Shown: positions 36,411-50,041, numbered from the stretch's first letter. The stretch is 64,000 bases of DNA from an uncultured SAR86 cluster bacterium (GCA_905181645.1 CAJIYN010000001.1:535334-599333), one strand, 5' to 3'. Notes: a model not told the origin generated them from the sequence alone. Made by a program: numbers and translations.

Positions 36411-38023
36411 ATGATCGGAGATATGCAAAGATGGACACCTAACGTTGCAAGCATTATTGAGCATGCTAAGGAATTTCATCCAACAAAAGAAGTCATTAGC
36501 AGAATGGTCTCTGGGGATATTCATAGAACAAATTATGAAGAGGTGTGCATTAGATCTAGAAAGCTTGCCTCAGCCCTAGAAAAGGATGGTTACAAAAAAG
36601 GTGATGTTATAGCTACTTTAGCGTTAAATACATACAGACATTTAGAAATGTATTATGGTATTTCTGGTATGGGTGCAATTTGTCATACCTTGAATTTTAG
36701 ACTTCATCCTGAACAGGCTGTTTATATTATTAATCATGCAGATGACAAGATTATTTTTTGTGAGGTACCTTTCATACCAATATTAGAAGCCCTTAAAGAT
36801 CAACTCCATTGTGTTGAAAAATATATCATTCTTTGTGATGAATCAGATATGCCAGAGACAGCTCTTAAAAATGCAATTTCTTATGAAGAATATATAAGCT
36901 GAGGACGATAATTATAGTTGGTTAAAAGTTGAAGAAACTGACGCATGTGGACTTTGCTATACCTCAGGGACTACAGGTAATCCAAAAGGCGTTCTTCTCG
37001 CATAAATCAAATATTCTTCATGCTCAAGCATCCTTAAACGGAATGCCTATAAGTTCTGATGAAACCATACTTATGGTTGTTCCTTTATTCCACGTTCTTG
37101 CTTGGGGTATTCCATACTATGGTCCAATGTATGGATCTAAGCTTGTAATGCCTGGCATGCAAATGGAAGGAGAGCCATTATATGATCTTATTGATAAAGA
37201 AAAGGTCACATTAGCTTTCGGAGTTCCAACTATTTGGATGGGATTACTAGCTTATTGCAGAGATAATAACAAAATTTTAAGCTCAGTAAAAAATACAATT
37301 ATAGGCGGAGCAGCACTTTCATTATCTACTCTTCAAGAATTTGATGAAGTCCATGATGTAAATGTTATTCATGCTTGGGGTATGACAGAAATGAGTCCCT
37401 TAGGGTCATACAACAAACCCACTCCCGCTATGGATAATATGAGCAAAGAAGAAAAATATGCAATTCAATTAAAACAAGGAAAACCAATTTATGGTGTTGA
37501 ACTTAAAGTTGTAGATGATGCTGGGATTGAGCTTCCTAAAGACGGAGAATCTCAAGGGCACTTGATGGTTAGAGGACCCTGGATACTTCAAAAATATTTT
37601 AAAGCAGAGAAAGATGCTGTCGACCAAGACGGATGGTTTGATACTGGTGATATTTCAGTTCTAGATCAAGACGGTTATATGACTATTAAGGATAGAGCTA
37701 AAGATGTTATAAAATCTGGAGGAGAGTGGATAAGCTCTATTGATTTAGAGAATGCAGCTTTTGGACATCCTGAGGTTGCCGAGGCATGTGTTGTCGGATT
37801 ACCTCATCCTAAGTGGGATGAAAGACCAATGTTATTTGTAGTTACTAATGACGGCGAGCCTATTGAAAAAGAAAGCATTTTAGAATTTCTTGGCTCTAGA
37901 GTTGCTAAATGGTGGCTTCCTGATGAAATTATTTTCTTAAAAGAATTGCCACATGGAGCTACAGGAAAACTTCAGAAATTTGAACTTAGAGACGAATATA
38001 ATAATTACTACATGGAGAAATAA
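36411..38023 (+). CDS. Acyl-CoA synthetase (DmdB-like/long-chain fatty acid-CoA ligase), frameshifted
   Basis: [12 protein letters not shown] (shifted frame), [35 protein letters not shown]. Confidence 0.9.
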
Positions 38024-38024
38024 T

Positions 38025-38486
38025 ATGTTGCACATCATCAACCCCTCAGATATTGAATCAGTTATTGGTAAAGAGGTTGGAACTTCTGATTGGATAACTA
38101 TTGATCAGGAAAGAATTGATAAATTTGCTGATGCAACAATGGATCATCAGTTTATTCATGTTGATCCAGAACAAGCTAAACCTGTATTTGGCTCTACTAT
38201 AGCTCACGGTTTTCTTTCTTTATCCCTTGTTGCCGGAATACCTTTTCAACAAGAGATAGGCATGATTTTAGAAGGAACAAAAATGGGACTAAATTATGGC
38301 TTGGATAAAGTAAGATTTTTAAGTCCAGTTCCTGTAGATTCAGAAGTAAGAATAGTAATGAAATGTCTTAGCATTACAGAGAAGAATCCTGGTCAATTTT
38401 TAGCTAAAAATGAAGTAACAATGGAGATTAAAGGAGTTGATAAGCCTGCATTTGTTGCTGAGACTCTAAGTATGTTTATTGTTTAA
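38025..38486 (+). CDS. MaoC-family dehydratase
   Basis: FADAT.DHQFIHVDP, TIAHGFL.LS, NYGLDKVRF. Confidence 0.92.
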   Translation: MLHIINPSDIESVIGKEVGTSDWITIDQERIDKFADATMDHQFIHVDPEQAKPVFGSTIAHGFLSLSLVAGIPFQQEIGMILEGTKMGLNYGLDKVRFLSPVPVDSEVRIVMKCLSITEKNPGQFLAKNEVTMEIKGVDKPAFVAETLSMFIV

Positions 38487-39918
38487 TTAATTATTTAACA
38501 ATTTATTTAAAATTTTGTTGACGCCTTGAGGATTGGCTTTACCTTGAGTTTCTTTCATTACCTGGCCTACAAAGAAACCAAATAACCTGTCTTTTCCGCC
38601 CTTATAAGCATTAACTTGATCAGGATTTGCATCAATAATTTTTTTAGCAATATCTTCTAAAACTGATTCATCCTGAATTTGTACTAAACCTTTCTCTTCA
38701 ATAATTGCATCAATATCATTTCCTGAAATCCAAACTTCCTCAAGAACAGATTTAGCAATTTTTCCTGAAATAGTATTATCAGAAATTCTTTCAATTAGTT
38801 TTGCAAAATTAATTGAAGATAATTTTGATTCCTCTTTACTTATATTATCTTTATTTAATAGAGCGCTCACATCTCCCACAAGCCACTTAGCTATAAGACT
38901 AGAGTCTTTTGTCTTTTCAGAAGCATCTTCAAAGAGATTAGCCATCGCTTTAGAGGAAGCAAGAATCTTTGCCTCAGATTCCTCTAAATTATGCTCATTA
39001 ATAAATCTTATCTCTTTTTGCTTAGGAAGTTCAGGTAGAGTGCTTTTTATTTCCTCTAGCTCATTGTCTGAAATAACTACTGGGAGTAAATCTGGTTCAG
39101 GGAAATATCTATAATCATTTGCAGCTTCTTTTGAGCGCATAGATCTTGTTTCATTCTTAACGCTATCATACAGTCTGGTTTCCTGAACAATGCTTTCACC
39201 TTTTTCTAATAATTTAATCTGTCTTGCAACTTCAAAATGAATTGCTCTTTCAATAAATTTAAATGAATTAATGTTTTTAATCTCAGCTCTGGTTCCAAGA
39301 ACATCATTATCATGTTTTTTAACAGATACATTTACATCGCAACGCATAGATCCTTGAGACATATTCCCATCACAAATATCTAAAAAGGTAACCAGCTGCA
39401 TGAATTTTTTTAGCATATGCAACTGCTTCTTTAGCATTACTTATTTCTGGCTCTGAAACTATTTCTAATAGGGGAGTTCCTGCTCGATTTAAGTCAATTC
39501 CAGTTTCTCCATCAAATAAATCATGTATAGATTTACCAGCATCTTCTTCTAAATGTGCCCTAGTGATATTAATAAGCTTTTCATCACCATCAACATTTAT
39601 AACAATTGAGCCTTTTCCAACAATAGGTTTCTCCATTTGAGTAATTTGATAACCTTTAGGTAGATCTGGATAAAAATAATTTTTTCTATCAAACATAGAC
39701 ACTTGATTTATTTCAGCATTTGTAGCTAGGCCAAACCTTATAGCTTTATAAAAAGCCTCTTTGTTAGCAACTGGAAGAACTCCAGGAAGACCAAGATCAA
39801 TTAAATCTACTTGTGTATTAGGTTCTGATCCAAAACTAGTAGAAGCTCCTGAAAAAAGCTTTGTTTTAGTCGATAACTGAACATGAACCTCTAACCCTAT
39901 TACAGTTTCCCAAGTCAT
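38487..39918 (-). CDS. gatB: Asp/Glu-tRNA amidotransferase subunit B
   Basis: [55 protein letters not shown]. Confidence 0.97.
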
Positions 39919-41364
39919 TATTTTGTCTCCAAAGGTGGAGTCTTAAGATGCCAGTCAGTCGTCATTTGAAAATTATGAGCAACATTAAAAAGTAGACTTT
40001 CTTGTAATGAATTTGCAAATACATACTTTAACGGAGGAGGTCATATTACATGCCCATTTGGAATGGATATTCCAGGGAGTCCAGCCAAGTTTGCTGGAAC
40101 AGTAAATAAATCTTCAAGATACATTTCTATAGGATCACTCATAGATCCTGCTTCAAAAGCAGCCCCTCTTGTTGTCGGAGACATAATTAAATCGACTTTT
40201 TCAAATGCATTATCAAAGTCGTTTTTAATTAACCTTCTTACCTGTTGTGCTTTTTTATAATAGGCATCATAGAACCCAGCAGAGAGAACATATGAGCCAA
40301 TAAGAATTCTTCTCTTAACTTCATCACCAAAACCTTCTTCTCTTGTCTTACAATACATCTCCATTAGATCTTTTGGATCTTTACATCGATATCCATAGCG
40401 AACCCCATCAAATCTTGATAAATTCGACGAGCATTCTGCTGGAGCAATAGAGTAATATGTTGGAACTGACGCTGATATTTGGCAATGATATTTCAATAAA
40501 TTCTGCTCCAAGAGATTCATAATGCTTCTTAGATTCTTCAAAAACTTTAACAACATTGGCATCAAGCATAGACAAGTCAAACTCTTTAACAATACCTATT
40601 TTTAGACCTTTGATGGGTTTATCGATGCCTTCTGTGAAATCAGGCACGTCCTCATCTAATGAAGTTGTATCTTTTTTATCATGAGAGCACATTTCATTCA
40701 TAAGAATTGCACAATCCTCAGCTGTTCTTGCCATAGGACCTGCTTGATCTAGACTAGACGCAAATGCAATCATTCCCCATCTAGAAATTCTTCCATATGT
40801 TGGTTTTATGCCGGTTATTCCACACAAAGAAGCCGGCTGCCTTATAGAGCCACCTGTATCAGTGCCTGTTGCAGCTGAAACAATTCCTGCAGCAACAGCG
40901 GCAGCAGAACCTCCAGAACTTCCTCCTGGAACCAAATTTTGCCCCCATGGATTAACTACATTGCCATAAAAGCTTGTTTCATTAGATGATCCCATGGCAA
41001 ATTCATCCATATTAGTTTTACCAATCGATATACATCCAGCTGCTTCAAGATTTTCTATAACAGTTGCAGAATATGGCGGAATGAAATTTGAAAGCATATT
41101 CGAGCCACAAGTTGTCCTTAAGTCCTTAGTAACAAAAAGATCTTTTTGGGCTACAGGTATTCCAGATAAACTTAATTCAGAAGGTTTTTTATCTAACTCA
41201 CTCGCTTTGATTAAAGCCTTCTCTTTGTCTAATGTTATAAAAGCATTCAAATGCTTATTATTTTCAACAAACGTAAATGTATCCTCAACCATCTCTTTAT
41301 TAGAAATTTCTTTATTATGGAGCATATTCTTAAGCTCCTTTATTGTCTTAAACTGAATGCTCAT
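39918..41364 (-). CDS. gatA: Asp/Glu-tRNA amidotransferase subunit A
   Basis: [50 protein letters not shown]. Confidence 0.97.
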
Positions 41365-41641
41365 TCAACCACCCTTGGAACCAGAATATAATCTTCATTG
41401 GATGACGGTGCATTTTTTAGAAAAGTTTCTTTTCTATTTTTTGAAGTAACTTCATCAGCTCGCGTTTTAGCGGTTTTCTCAAGAGGGCTTTTAAGAGGCT
41501 CGATATCAGAAGTATCAACACCATCCAGTTGATCAACAAACTCAATTATATTTTCAAGATCTTTAGTAATTTTTTCTTCATTTTCTTTATCAAAAGCAAC
41601 TTTCTTTAGTAAGATATAGTTGCAACTGTTTCTTTGTCCAT
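41361..41641 (-). CDS. gatC: Asp/Glu-tRNA amidotransferase subunit C
   Basis: MDKETVATI..., DLENIIEFVDQL..VDT..IEPL, ends LVPRVVE; absent from ORF track. Confidence 0.9.
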
Positions 41642-41722
41642 ATATAGGATATTATTATAAATAAGTTGAGAGATGTTAACTCAACTAATTTTTTTTTTAC
41701 ATTATTTTTTTGGAAAACTACA

Positions 41723-42772
41723 TTGGAATTTAATTTATTTAAAACGGTCAGGGGTTATTTCTCTAATGATCTTTCTATAGACCTTGGGACTGCAAACACT
41801 TTAATTTATACAAAAGATGTTGGCATTGTTCTCAACGAACCATCAGTTGTAGCAATTAGAGAGGCCAGGGGTCAAAAAACTGTTGTTGCTGTTGGAACAG
41901 AAGCTAAAAAGATGCTTGGAAGAACTCCAGGGAACATTAAGGCAATTCGCCCATTGCAAGATGGTGTTATTGCTGATTTTCAGGTTACAGAAAAAATGCT
42001 TCAGCATTTTATAGCAAAAGTTCATGAGCAAAGATTTATTAAGCCTAGTCCAAGAGTTCTAGTTTGTGTTCCATGCAGATCAACACAAGTTGAGAGAAGG
42101 GCTATTAGGGAATCTGTACTTGGAGCAGGAGCTAGAGACGTAAAGTTAATTGAAGAACCTATGGCGGCAGCAATTGGTGCAGGTTTGCCTGTAGAAGAGG
42201 CTAGCGGCAATATGGTTGTGGATATAGGAGGAGGTACTTCTGAAATCGCTATATTATCTCTAAATGGTGTTGTTTATGCTGAATCTGTAAAGCTTGGTGG
42301 GGATAAAATGGATGAAGCTATTACTTCATGGATAAGAAGAAATTTTGGATGTGTTATAGGTGAATCAACAGCAGAAAAAATTAAACAAACTATAGGTTGC
42401 TGTACCGAAGAATCTGATAAATTAGAAATGCAAGTTACAGGGAGAAATCTAGCTGAGGGCATACCAGAGACATTTACTTTAAATAGTGATCAGGTTTTTG
42501 ATGCAATGAAAGATCCTTTGCTTGGAATTGTTAGAGCTATAAGGAATGCACTAGAATTAGCACCACCTGAGTTAGCTGCAGATATTGCCGAAAGAGGTAT
42601 TGTCTTAACTGGAGGAGGTGGACTCATGAGAGATCTAGATAAGCTTATTTCAAATTCTACAGGTATTCCTGTAATAGTTGCTGAAGACCCTCTTACTTGT
42701 GTTGCTAGAGGTGGAGGTCAGGCTCTAGAAATAATAGATAAATATGATATAGACCTACTTTCAACTGAGTAA
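41723..42772 (+). CDS. mreB: Rod shape-determining protein MreB
   Basis: [37 protein letters not shown]. Confidence 0.98.
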   Translation: MEFNLFKTVRGYFSNDLSIDLGTANTLIYTKDVGIVLNEPSVVAIREARGQKTVVAVGTEAKKMLGRTPGNIKAIRPLQDGVIADFQVTEKMLQHFIAKVHEQRFIKPSPRVLVCVPCRSTQVERRAIRESVLGAGARDVKLIEEPMAAAIGAGLPVEEASGNMVVDIGGGTSEIAILSLNGVVYAESVKLGGDKMDEAITSWIRRNFGCVIGESTAEKIKQTIGCCTEESDKLEMQVTGRNLAEGIPETFTLNSDQVFDAMKDPLLGIVRAIRNALELAPPELAADIAERGIVLTGGGGLMRDLDKLISNSTGIPVIVAEDPLTCVARGGGQALEIIDKYDIDLLSTE

Positions 42773-42777
42773 TTTAG

Positions 42778-43616
42778 ATGGCGAGAATTGCGCCTGGCAA
42801 TACACCTAAACTTGCATATACAATATTGCTTGTTCTATCGTCTTTGTTCCTATTTTTAGATTTACAATATAAATCTTTTACTCCAACAAAAAATTTTTTT
42901 AATTCAGCACTGCTTTCAAGCAATTTACTGATAAAAACCTAATTTTTAAACCAATTAGCAATTTATATAATTTAACGACCTCAAAGAAAGAATTAATACA
43001 ATTGAATCAATCTTTAGCAGATGAGCTTGAGGTATCTAAAATAGAAAATTTCCTTATATTAAATAAAGCAGATTTATTTAAAAATAATGATGAATTAATT
43101 AATTATATAAAAAAATTCCCTATAAAATCATTAAATGAAATAGCATCAATCTCATCATTTAATACCAATTTATATAAATGTTGTGATAGCCACAGACTTT
43201 TCCTTTTCAATAATTCAACACCTTTTAAAGAGGGCGGAACTGTGATTAATTCAGAGGGTATCTTGGGTCAAATCACTGATTCAAATAAACGTGTGAGTGA
43301 AGTTATTTTAATAAGTGATATTAAACACTCCATCCCTTTAAAAACTAAGGAATTTTTTTGTAATGCAAATGGCACTGGCAGGCCGCGTATTTTAGAGTGT
43401 AAATATGATGCATCTTTATGGCCAGAATCATTTGAAATCGGTCAAAATTTCTTCTCATCTGGTTTAGGAGGTATCTTCCCAGAAGGGCTCTTGATTGGCT
43501 CTATTACCTCAATTAGGACCGATGATGATAATGAAACTATTCTTGAAATTAAGTCTATAGCTAATCCTTTAACTCAGAACCATGTAATGGTGATATATCC
43601 TAATGATTTTAACTAA
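42778..43616 (+). CDS. mreC: Rod shape-determining protein MreC, frameshifted
   Basis: N-terminal TM, VI...G.LGQI, SGLGGIFPEG..IG; position after mreB. Confidence 0.88.
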
Positions 43617-44076
43617 TTTTTTAAAAATATCAGTTACTATTATTTTTGCAAATTATCTTGATTCAAAGATTAATTTTTTCATGGTAGATTACTATTTGAG
43701 TTTTTCATTAGGTTTCTTGGTTTTTTGTTTTTGGGTTTTTAGTCTGCCTAATAATATATATGCACTAACAAGTTTTATAATTGGTTTATTAATTGATCTT
43801 ATTCTAGGAAGCCCATTTGGCCTAAACGCACTTTTATTTACAATATCCTCTTTTATTATTCACTCATACAGATACTCATTTAAAATTTTTTCATTTCTTC
43901 AGATAACTATATTTTTTGCATTCCTCTCAATGTTTTATTTAGGTTTTATAAATTTATTTGTAAATACTGCAAATTTTTCATATTTGCTTATCTTTTTAAG
44001 CTTTTTCTTAAATGGGATAACATGGATATCTATATATATTCTTATGAATAAATTTAAGACAAGATTTTATAGATAA
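43603..44076 (+). CDS. mreD: Rod shape-determining protein MreD
   Basis: FIIGLLIDLILGSPFGLNAL; multi-TM; follows mreC. Confidence 0.9.
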   Translation: MILTNFLKISVTIIFANYLDSKINFFMVDYYLSFSLGFLVFCFWVFSLPNNIYALTSFIIGLLIDLILGSPFGLNALLFTISSFIIHSYRYSFKIFSFLQITIFFAFLSMFYLGFINLFVNTANFSYLLIFLSFFLNGITWISIYILMNKFKTRFYR

Positions 44077-47000
44077 TGTTGCAACGCTAGTGAAAAATTT
44101 CTTTTTAAGCAGAAAACTCCCTCTTTTAATTATAAATATTACTTCACTATTATTAATATTGATTCTTCTATTTATCTCTCTTTTATCGATATACCCAAGT
44201 AATACAATTCGTTTTATAGATAGATTATTTGTTACAGATTTTAAAATAGAATTCTCTAATATTACTTCAAATGGAAATTTTCTTTATCCAAGTCTTGAAT
44301 TTAAAAATCTTAAAATAAGCCAAGAAAGTCAGCCTATTGTTAATGCATCTCTTTTTAAGATAACTATTAGTATTCCTAAATCATTAGCAACATTAAGACC
44401 TATGATTCTTAATTCAAAGATCAGTGATGGCAAAATTTATTATCAAAATATTAAAAAAACGAAATTTAAATTCTAATAAAAAAATTATCCCTTCTAAGGA
44501 TAAGAATAATATTATTAATGGAAATATTCACTTAATAAAAAATAATGTAATGGGTTCTTTATTCTTTTCATCTAAATCAGGAGAGCAAAGATATCTACTG
44601 AACCTCCCTGAGAATGATTGGTTAGGCTTTTTGCCTATTGAAATAAGTGCAGGGCTTAAAAAATTAAGATTTTCAATAAATATGATAGGCAATGACAAGA
44701 ATGCATCATTGAATTCTATTGGACGCTTTAAGGCAAAAAGTGCAGATGACCAGTTAAATCAATCCTATGATCTTAATGGAGATTTTATTCAGTCATACAA
44801 GAATAATATCTCTTTAATATCATTTAAGAATCTAAACAAACCTTTTCTAAATGAGAGTAATTTACTTTCTATAGATTTTTCTAAGGAAATTATTAGACTT
44901 TCAGATCTTTTTTTAAGTAAAGATTTGTTTAAGATTGATAGATTAAAAAATATAAATAAAATTTATCTTGAAAATTTAACATATATTTTTAATAGTGAAA
45001 GTCCATTCTTTTCTGCAGCATTCAGCACTCTAAAAATAGACAATATATATCTAGATTCTATTGAGAATCTATCAGGGATTATTTTAGCTAACAAGAAATT
45101 ATTACAATTTAAATTAGAGCCAAGCCAGGCATTATTAAAAACAATTGATGGATCGCTATTCAAAATGAGAGCTAGTGGAGATTCAAGTTATATTTTTAAT
45201 AAAAAACAGCTAACTACCAAAGTTCTATTAGAGAAAAATAAAACTCAACTAGAGTTACGTATGCTAAATTCCTCTGAAGGTAAATATGAGATTGATCTTA
45301 TAGCTAAAGATATTAGCTCTAATTTTTTTATAGCACTTCTTCCAGAAAGTTTATCAGATGTCAAAAGCAACCTGACAAAGTCATTAAAATTAAACTCCTT
45401 AGATAACTTAATTTTTTCTTCTAAAAGCGGCTATTTAGATAAATCAATGAATTATGTCAGTGGCTCAATAAGCTCTAATAATTTTAATTATGAGATTAAT
45501 TCTACTCAAGTAATAAAATCAAATGCATTTGATTTAAGCCTTACAAATGGAAATATTAGTATTGCTTTAAATCTTGGAAAATATAACTCCATTCCTTTTA
45601 AGGCTGCAAAAATTTATATAGATTCAATATCTCAAGTCCTTCATTACACCTCAGAACATGAGTTAGGTAATGAGGACATACAGATTAAGGAATTAAAAAT
45701 GCAAGATTACCTTTCTAAAGATCGTATTGTCCTACCAATTCAATCAGTTGGAAGGGTGAATATAAAAAACTTTGCTAATGTGAATTTCACAAAAGTGACC
45801 TTTAATAGTCTTGATTTAGATGTATTTAAAGATACCCAATTAAAAGATCTTGAAGGCAGAATATTTATAAGTAACTTTAAAAATGCCTATGGCTTAATTA
45901 ATGGTGAAGGTTTTAATCAAAATTTTGATGCCATTGTTAAGGCAATAAGTTTGAACGATAAACCATCTTTATTTTTGTCTACTCAATTAGAAATAGATAT
46001 GGAAAAGGTTTTTCCAGGTAGTGATTTTCTTCGTTTTAGTGGAAAGGAGGAATCTGAGATTAAACTATCATTTTCTTTTGATAATGGCTGGAGAATTAAT
46101 ATATTTAATAACTTAATTGATACAAAAATATCTTCTCAAATAGCCTATTTTAAAAAACCACTAGGAACGGCTTTAGATACTCAAGTTACAATTCATAATA
46201 TCGATAATCCAAATATTCTCATACAAAATAACTTATTTGAAACTTTAATCCTCTTTAAGGAAGACCAGCTTAGTGGTTACTTTAAATCTGGAAATTATTT
46301 TAATAAGACCATTGAATCAACAGCACAGTTTGATAAATTTAAAATATAATGTTAAAATTTACTTTATTTTCTCGAAACTAAATATAATTCATTTGATGGA
46401 AATACTTCTAATTCAATGCAAATTGAATATCTTGAATTTCATTTTGATAAATTGAAATTACTTGGAAATAATTTTAATGCTCAAACAGGATTCAGTGGTC
46501 TTGAGGACGTATCGGATTCTCTTAAAGGCAATGATTTGCCAGGAATTCCTTCCACCCAAATGTTTATGCAATTAGAATATAGCACTCCTTCTAGTTGGCA
46601 GTTTCAAGATCGAGCAAACAATGAGCAGCTTACCAATATGAGATTTGTGGGTGAAAATATTGATATTAATGGAACAAGAATTAATTTTTTTGATTTTTAT
46701 ATTTTAGAAAATGCTGACGTTATTACAATTAATGATATAAAAGTTAGAAGCAAAAATATAAATATTCAACCATTAAACCAAGAAGAGAAAGCTTATGTTA
46801 GTTATAACAAGAAAAAAGATTTATATAAGGTAAAAGGTATTTTTGAGCTTAATAAGCCGTCAAAAGAAATAAGTAAATTTATAGGTTATGACTTTAAATA
46901 TCTTAAATCCAATATGAATGTTGAATGGATAAGTGCTAAGAAGCTTAATAATCTTCAGGGTAAACTGTCTTTTCTTGTTAAAGATCTTAAGTTAGAGCAA

Positions 47001-47431
47001 GAGGTTTCTAATTCAGTGTTATTGACAGCGCTAGGCATCTTTAATTTAAAAAGTTTTTTTTCAAGTAACTCAATGATGCAATTGAAGAAAAATATCAAAA
47101 TTTAAATATAAATAGAGCTTTAGATTTAGGTCATAGAGCTAGGATCTCAGATCCATTATTCATAGAAACTAATTTTGCAAAGATGAAGTGGATTGGTGAC
47201 ATACAAAAAGATAGGAAAAAAAATCTCTCTGATTTAGATTTATTTCTTGAAATGAGGCTCACTATTTCTGACAACCTCCCTTGGTATGCAGCGTTTCTGG
47301 GTGGTTTTCCAGCCGTAGCTGGCGGAATGGTTATTGGAAGCATCTTTGAAGAAGGAATTAATGATATTTCAACTATTAATTATCAAGTCAAAGGTGACAT
47401 TAATGATCCTAAATTATTAAGACTAGAGTAG
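44076..47431 (+). CDS. yhdP: YhdP/AsmA-like lipid-bridge protein, fragmented
   Basis: N-terminal TM, long beta-rich body, AsmA_2-type C-terminus LPWYAAFLGG.PAVAG......F......Y.V.G...DP; position after mreD. Confidence 0.7.
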
Positions 47432-48749
47432 AAATATAGTTGCTAATCCCAAGAATGAAACAAAGCCAACAACATCCGTGACTGTTGTTACAACAACACT
47501 TCCAGCAATAGCTGGATCTTGTTCAAACCTTCTTAGAATTAATGGTACAAAAACACCAGCTACCACAGAACTAATAAGATTAATAATCAGAGCTGCAGCA
47601 ATTAAAAGTGCCAAGGTTATATCGTTAAACCAAAAAAATGTACTAAGTCCTATCAATATAGCTAAGACAAAGCCATTTAATATAGCCACTGCTAGTTCTC
47701 TTTTAAATAACCATGTAAGATTAGAAGAATTAATTTTATTTAAAGATTTTAATTTTAAAAGAATTGTGAGTGTTTGTGTTGCTGCTACCCCACCCATGCT
47801 TGCAACTATAGGCATTAAAACTGCTACAAAAACTATTTGGTCTATAACATCTTGAAAAATATTAATAGTCATAGCTGCAAGAAATGCAGTAAGTAAATTC
47901 ATACTTAACCAAAAAACTCTACTTTTTGCAGCTCTTCCTGGAGGCTGAAAGGTATCTTCAGCAATACCCGCCATACCTAAAAAATTTTGGTCCGCATCTT
48001 CTCTGATTACATCTACAACATCATCAATTGTTATTCTACGTATCAAGTTTATTATTTTTATCAACAACTGCAGCAGAGATCAGATCATTTCTTTCAAATA
48101 GTGTTGCAACCTCCTTATCATCCTGAATGGCATTGATGGGAGTAATATTAGTATCCATAATTTCTCTAACTGTAAGATTTGGATCAGAAGTAATAATTCT
48201 TGTTATTAATAATTCTCCAACGTACAAGTCATCTTTTGATACAACAAAAATTTTGTCGGTATTCTCGGGAAGCTCATCTTGGCCTCTTAGGTAGTTAATT
48301 ACTACCTCCATAGTATGGCTAGGCCTAACACTAATAACATCAGTATTTAATAGACCTCCGGCTGTATCATCGGGATAGGTGAGGCCAAGTTCAATTCTTT
48401 GCCTATCTCTAAGCGACATTTTAGATAGAATTTTCATTCTCTCTTACGCCATCATTATTAATGTCTACAATTTCATCTAAAAGCCTATTTTGACTATTGT
48501 CGTTTTTAGCACCCTCACCAATAGCTCTTGTTGAATCTCATCTCCCAAGTCAGCTAAGACATCTCCCTCATCTTCATAATCAATTAATGACCATAATAAT
48601 TTTCTTTGTTTGGGGGGAGAAGACTCGAGACAGTGTGCAAGCTCAGCTGAATTCATTTTATCCAGTAATCTTTTTATCTGATTAATTGATAAATTAGAGG
48701 ACTCATCTAAAAGCCTTGTTAAGCTATCTTTATTAAATGACTGATCCAT
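47423..48749 (-). CDS. mgtE: Magnesium transporter MgtE, fragmented
   Basis: YPDDTAGGL, CBS pair, ITIDDVVDV, MPIVASMGG, DPAIAG.V..TTVTDV.GF. Confidence 0.95.
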
Positions 48750-48777
48750 TCAATAATTCTACATCAAGAAATGAGTT

Positions 48778-50041
48778 TTATCTTTTTCTTGAGGAGGGGA
48801 TGTTTAATTTAAGACGATATTTAGAAATAGTTCTTCTAGCTAAACTGTAACCTTTTTTATTAAGCAATAATGCAATATCTCGATCGCTAAGTTTTGTTTT
48901 TTCTGCATCTAAGAACACATTTGTGTTTCCATTAACTGAATCGGCGTCACATTTCTAGTTTTAGATACTGAGCTAATTAATAAAGATTTTAAGGGAACAA
49001 CGCCCCTTGGAGTCTGAATAAATTTAGATCTTAATATGCGAGATATGGTTGAGGGATGCAGGCCCAATTCATCTGAAATATCTTTATTTGCTAAAGGCTT
49101 TATTTCCAATGGTTCGCTTTCAAAAAAAGCTTGTTGTTTTTTACAAATAATCTCTCCAACCCTTAGAACAGTTTCATTTCTTTTTTTTACTGCCCTTAAA
49201 AGCCATTTAGCATTTTGTATTTTTTCTACAATACCTTCATTAGGTCGCTCTTTAAGCTCATGCTGAATGGAATTAACTAACTCCTTATCGATACTTATTA
49301 CCGGGAATTGGTCATTTATAAAATTTACTACTTTATTGCCCGCATCTTCTAGAATTACAAGGTCAGGCACAATATATTGATCTTGACTATAACTAAGCCC
49401 GGGAGCTAAATCGCAACTTTTAATTAATTTAATTGATTCGTCTATAGATTTTTCTTTATACAGGCTTAATAATTTATTTTTAACTCCCAGAAGGTCCATG
49501 TCTGAATTCTCAAAAAGAATAATCTTACAAATTTCTAATAACTTTAGATCAATTTTTTTTCTACTTAAATGATAAAAATAACTTCTTTAATAGTCCTAAA
49601 ACCTACACCCGCTGGGTCTAACGAGTGTATGACATTCTTTAAAACACTTTCTATTTCTTTATATGTAAATTGGTAATCTAAGAAATTCTCAATTTCATTT
49701 ATCTCTTCAATTAATTGCCCTGAATCATCCAAAGAATCAATTAAAGATGTAGATATTACTTTTTCTTTTTCATTAAGATTTAAATCATTTAATTGAGATT
49801 CAAGCGAATTTTGTAGAGTCACAATTTCTGCTAAATTTGATATACAGAGATTGTGCTAATTTGAAAATCAAAATCCTCCAACTCCTCTTTTTCTATGAAT
49901 GGATTTACCTCTATCTCACTTTCGATTTTTTGAATTAAGTTCAAACCTTGAAAGCTGGAGAAGATCAATTGATTTTTTAAGAAGCGGGGTTAATGATATT
50001 TTTTGTTTTTGTTCTAGTTCTCTTATTAAAGAAATGGCCAT
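48778..50041 (-). CDS. rpoN: RNA polymerase sigma-54 factor, fragmented
   Basis: LTP...SIDLLQLS..EL, LDPAGVG, PDL, LGLHPSTISR....K...TPRG, RpoN box ARRTISKYR. Confidence 0.93.
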
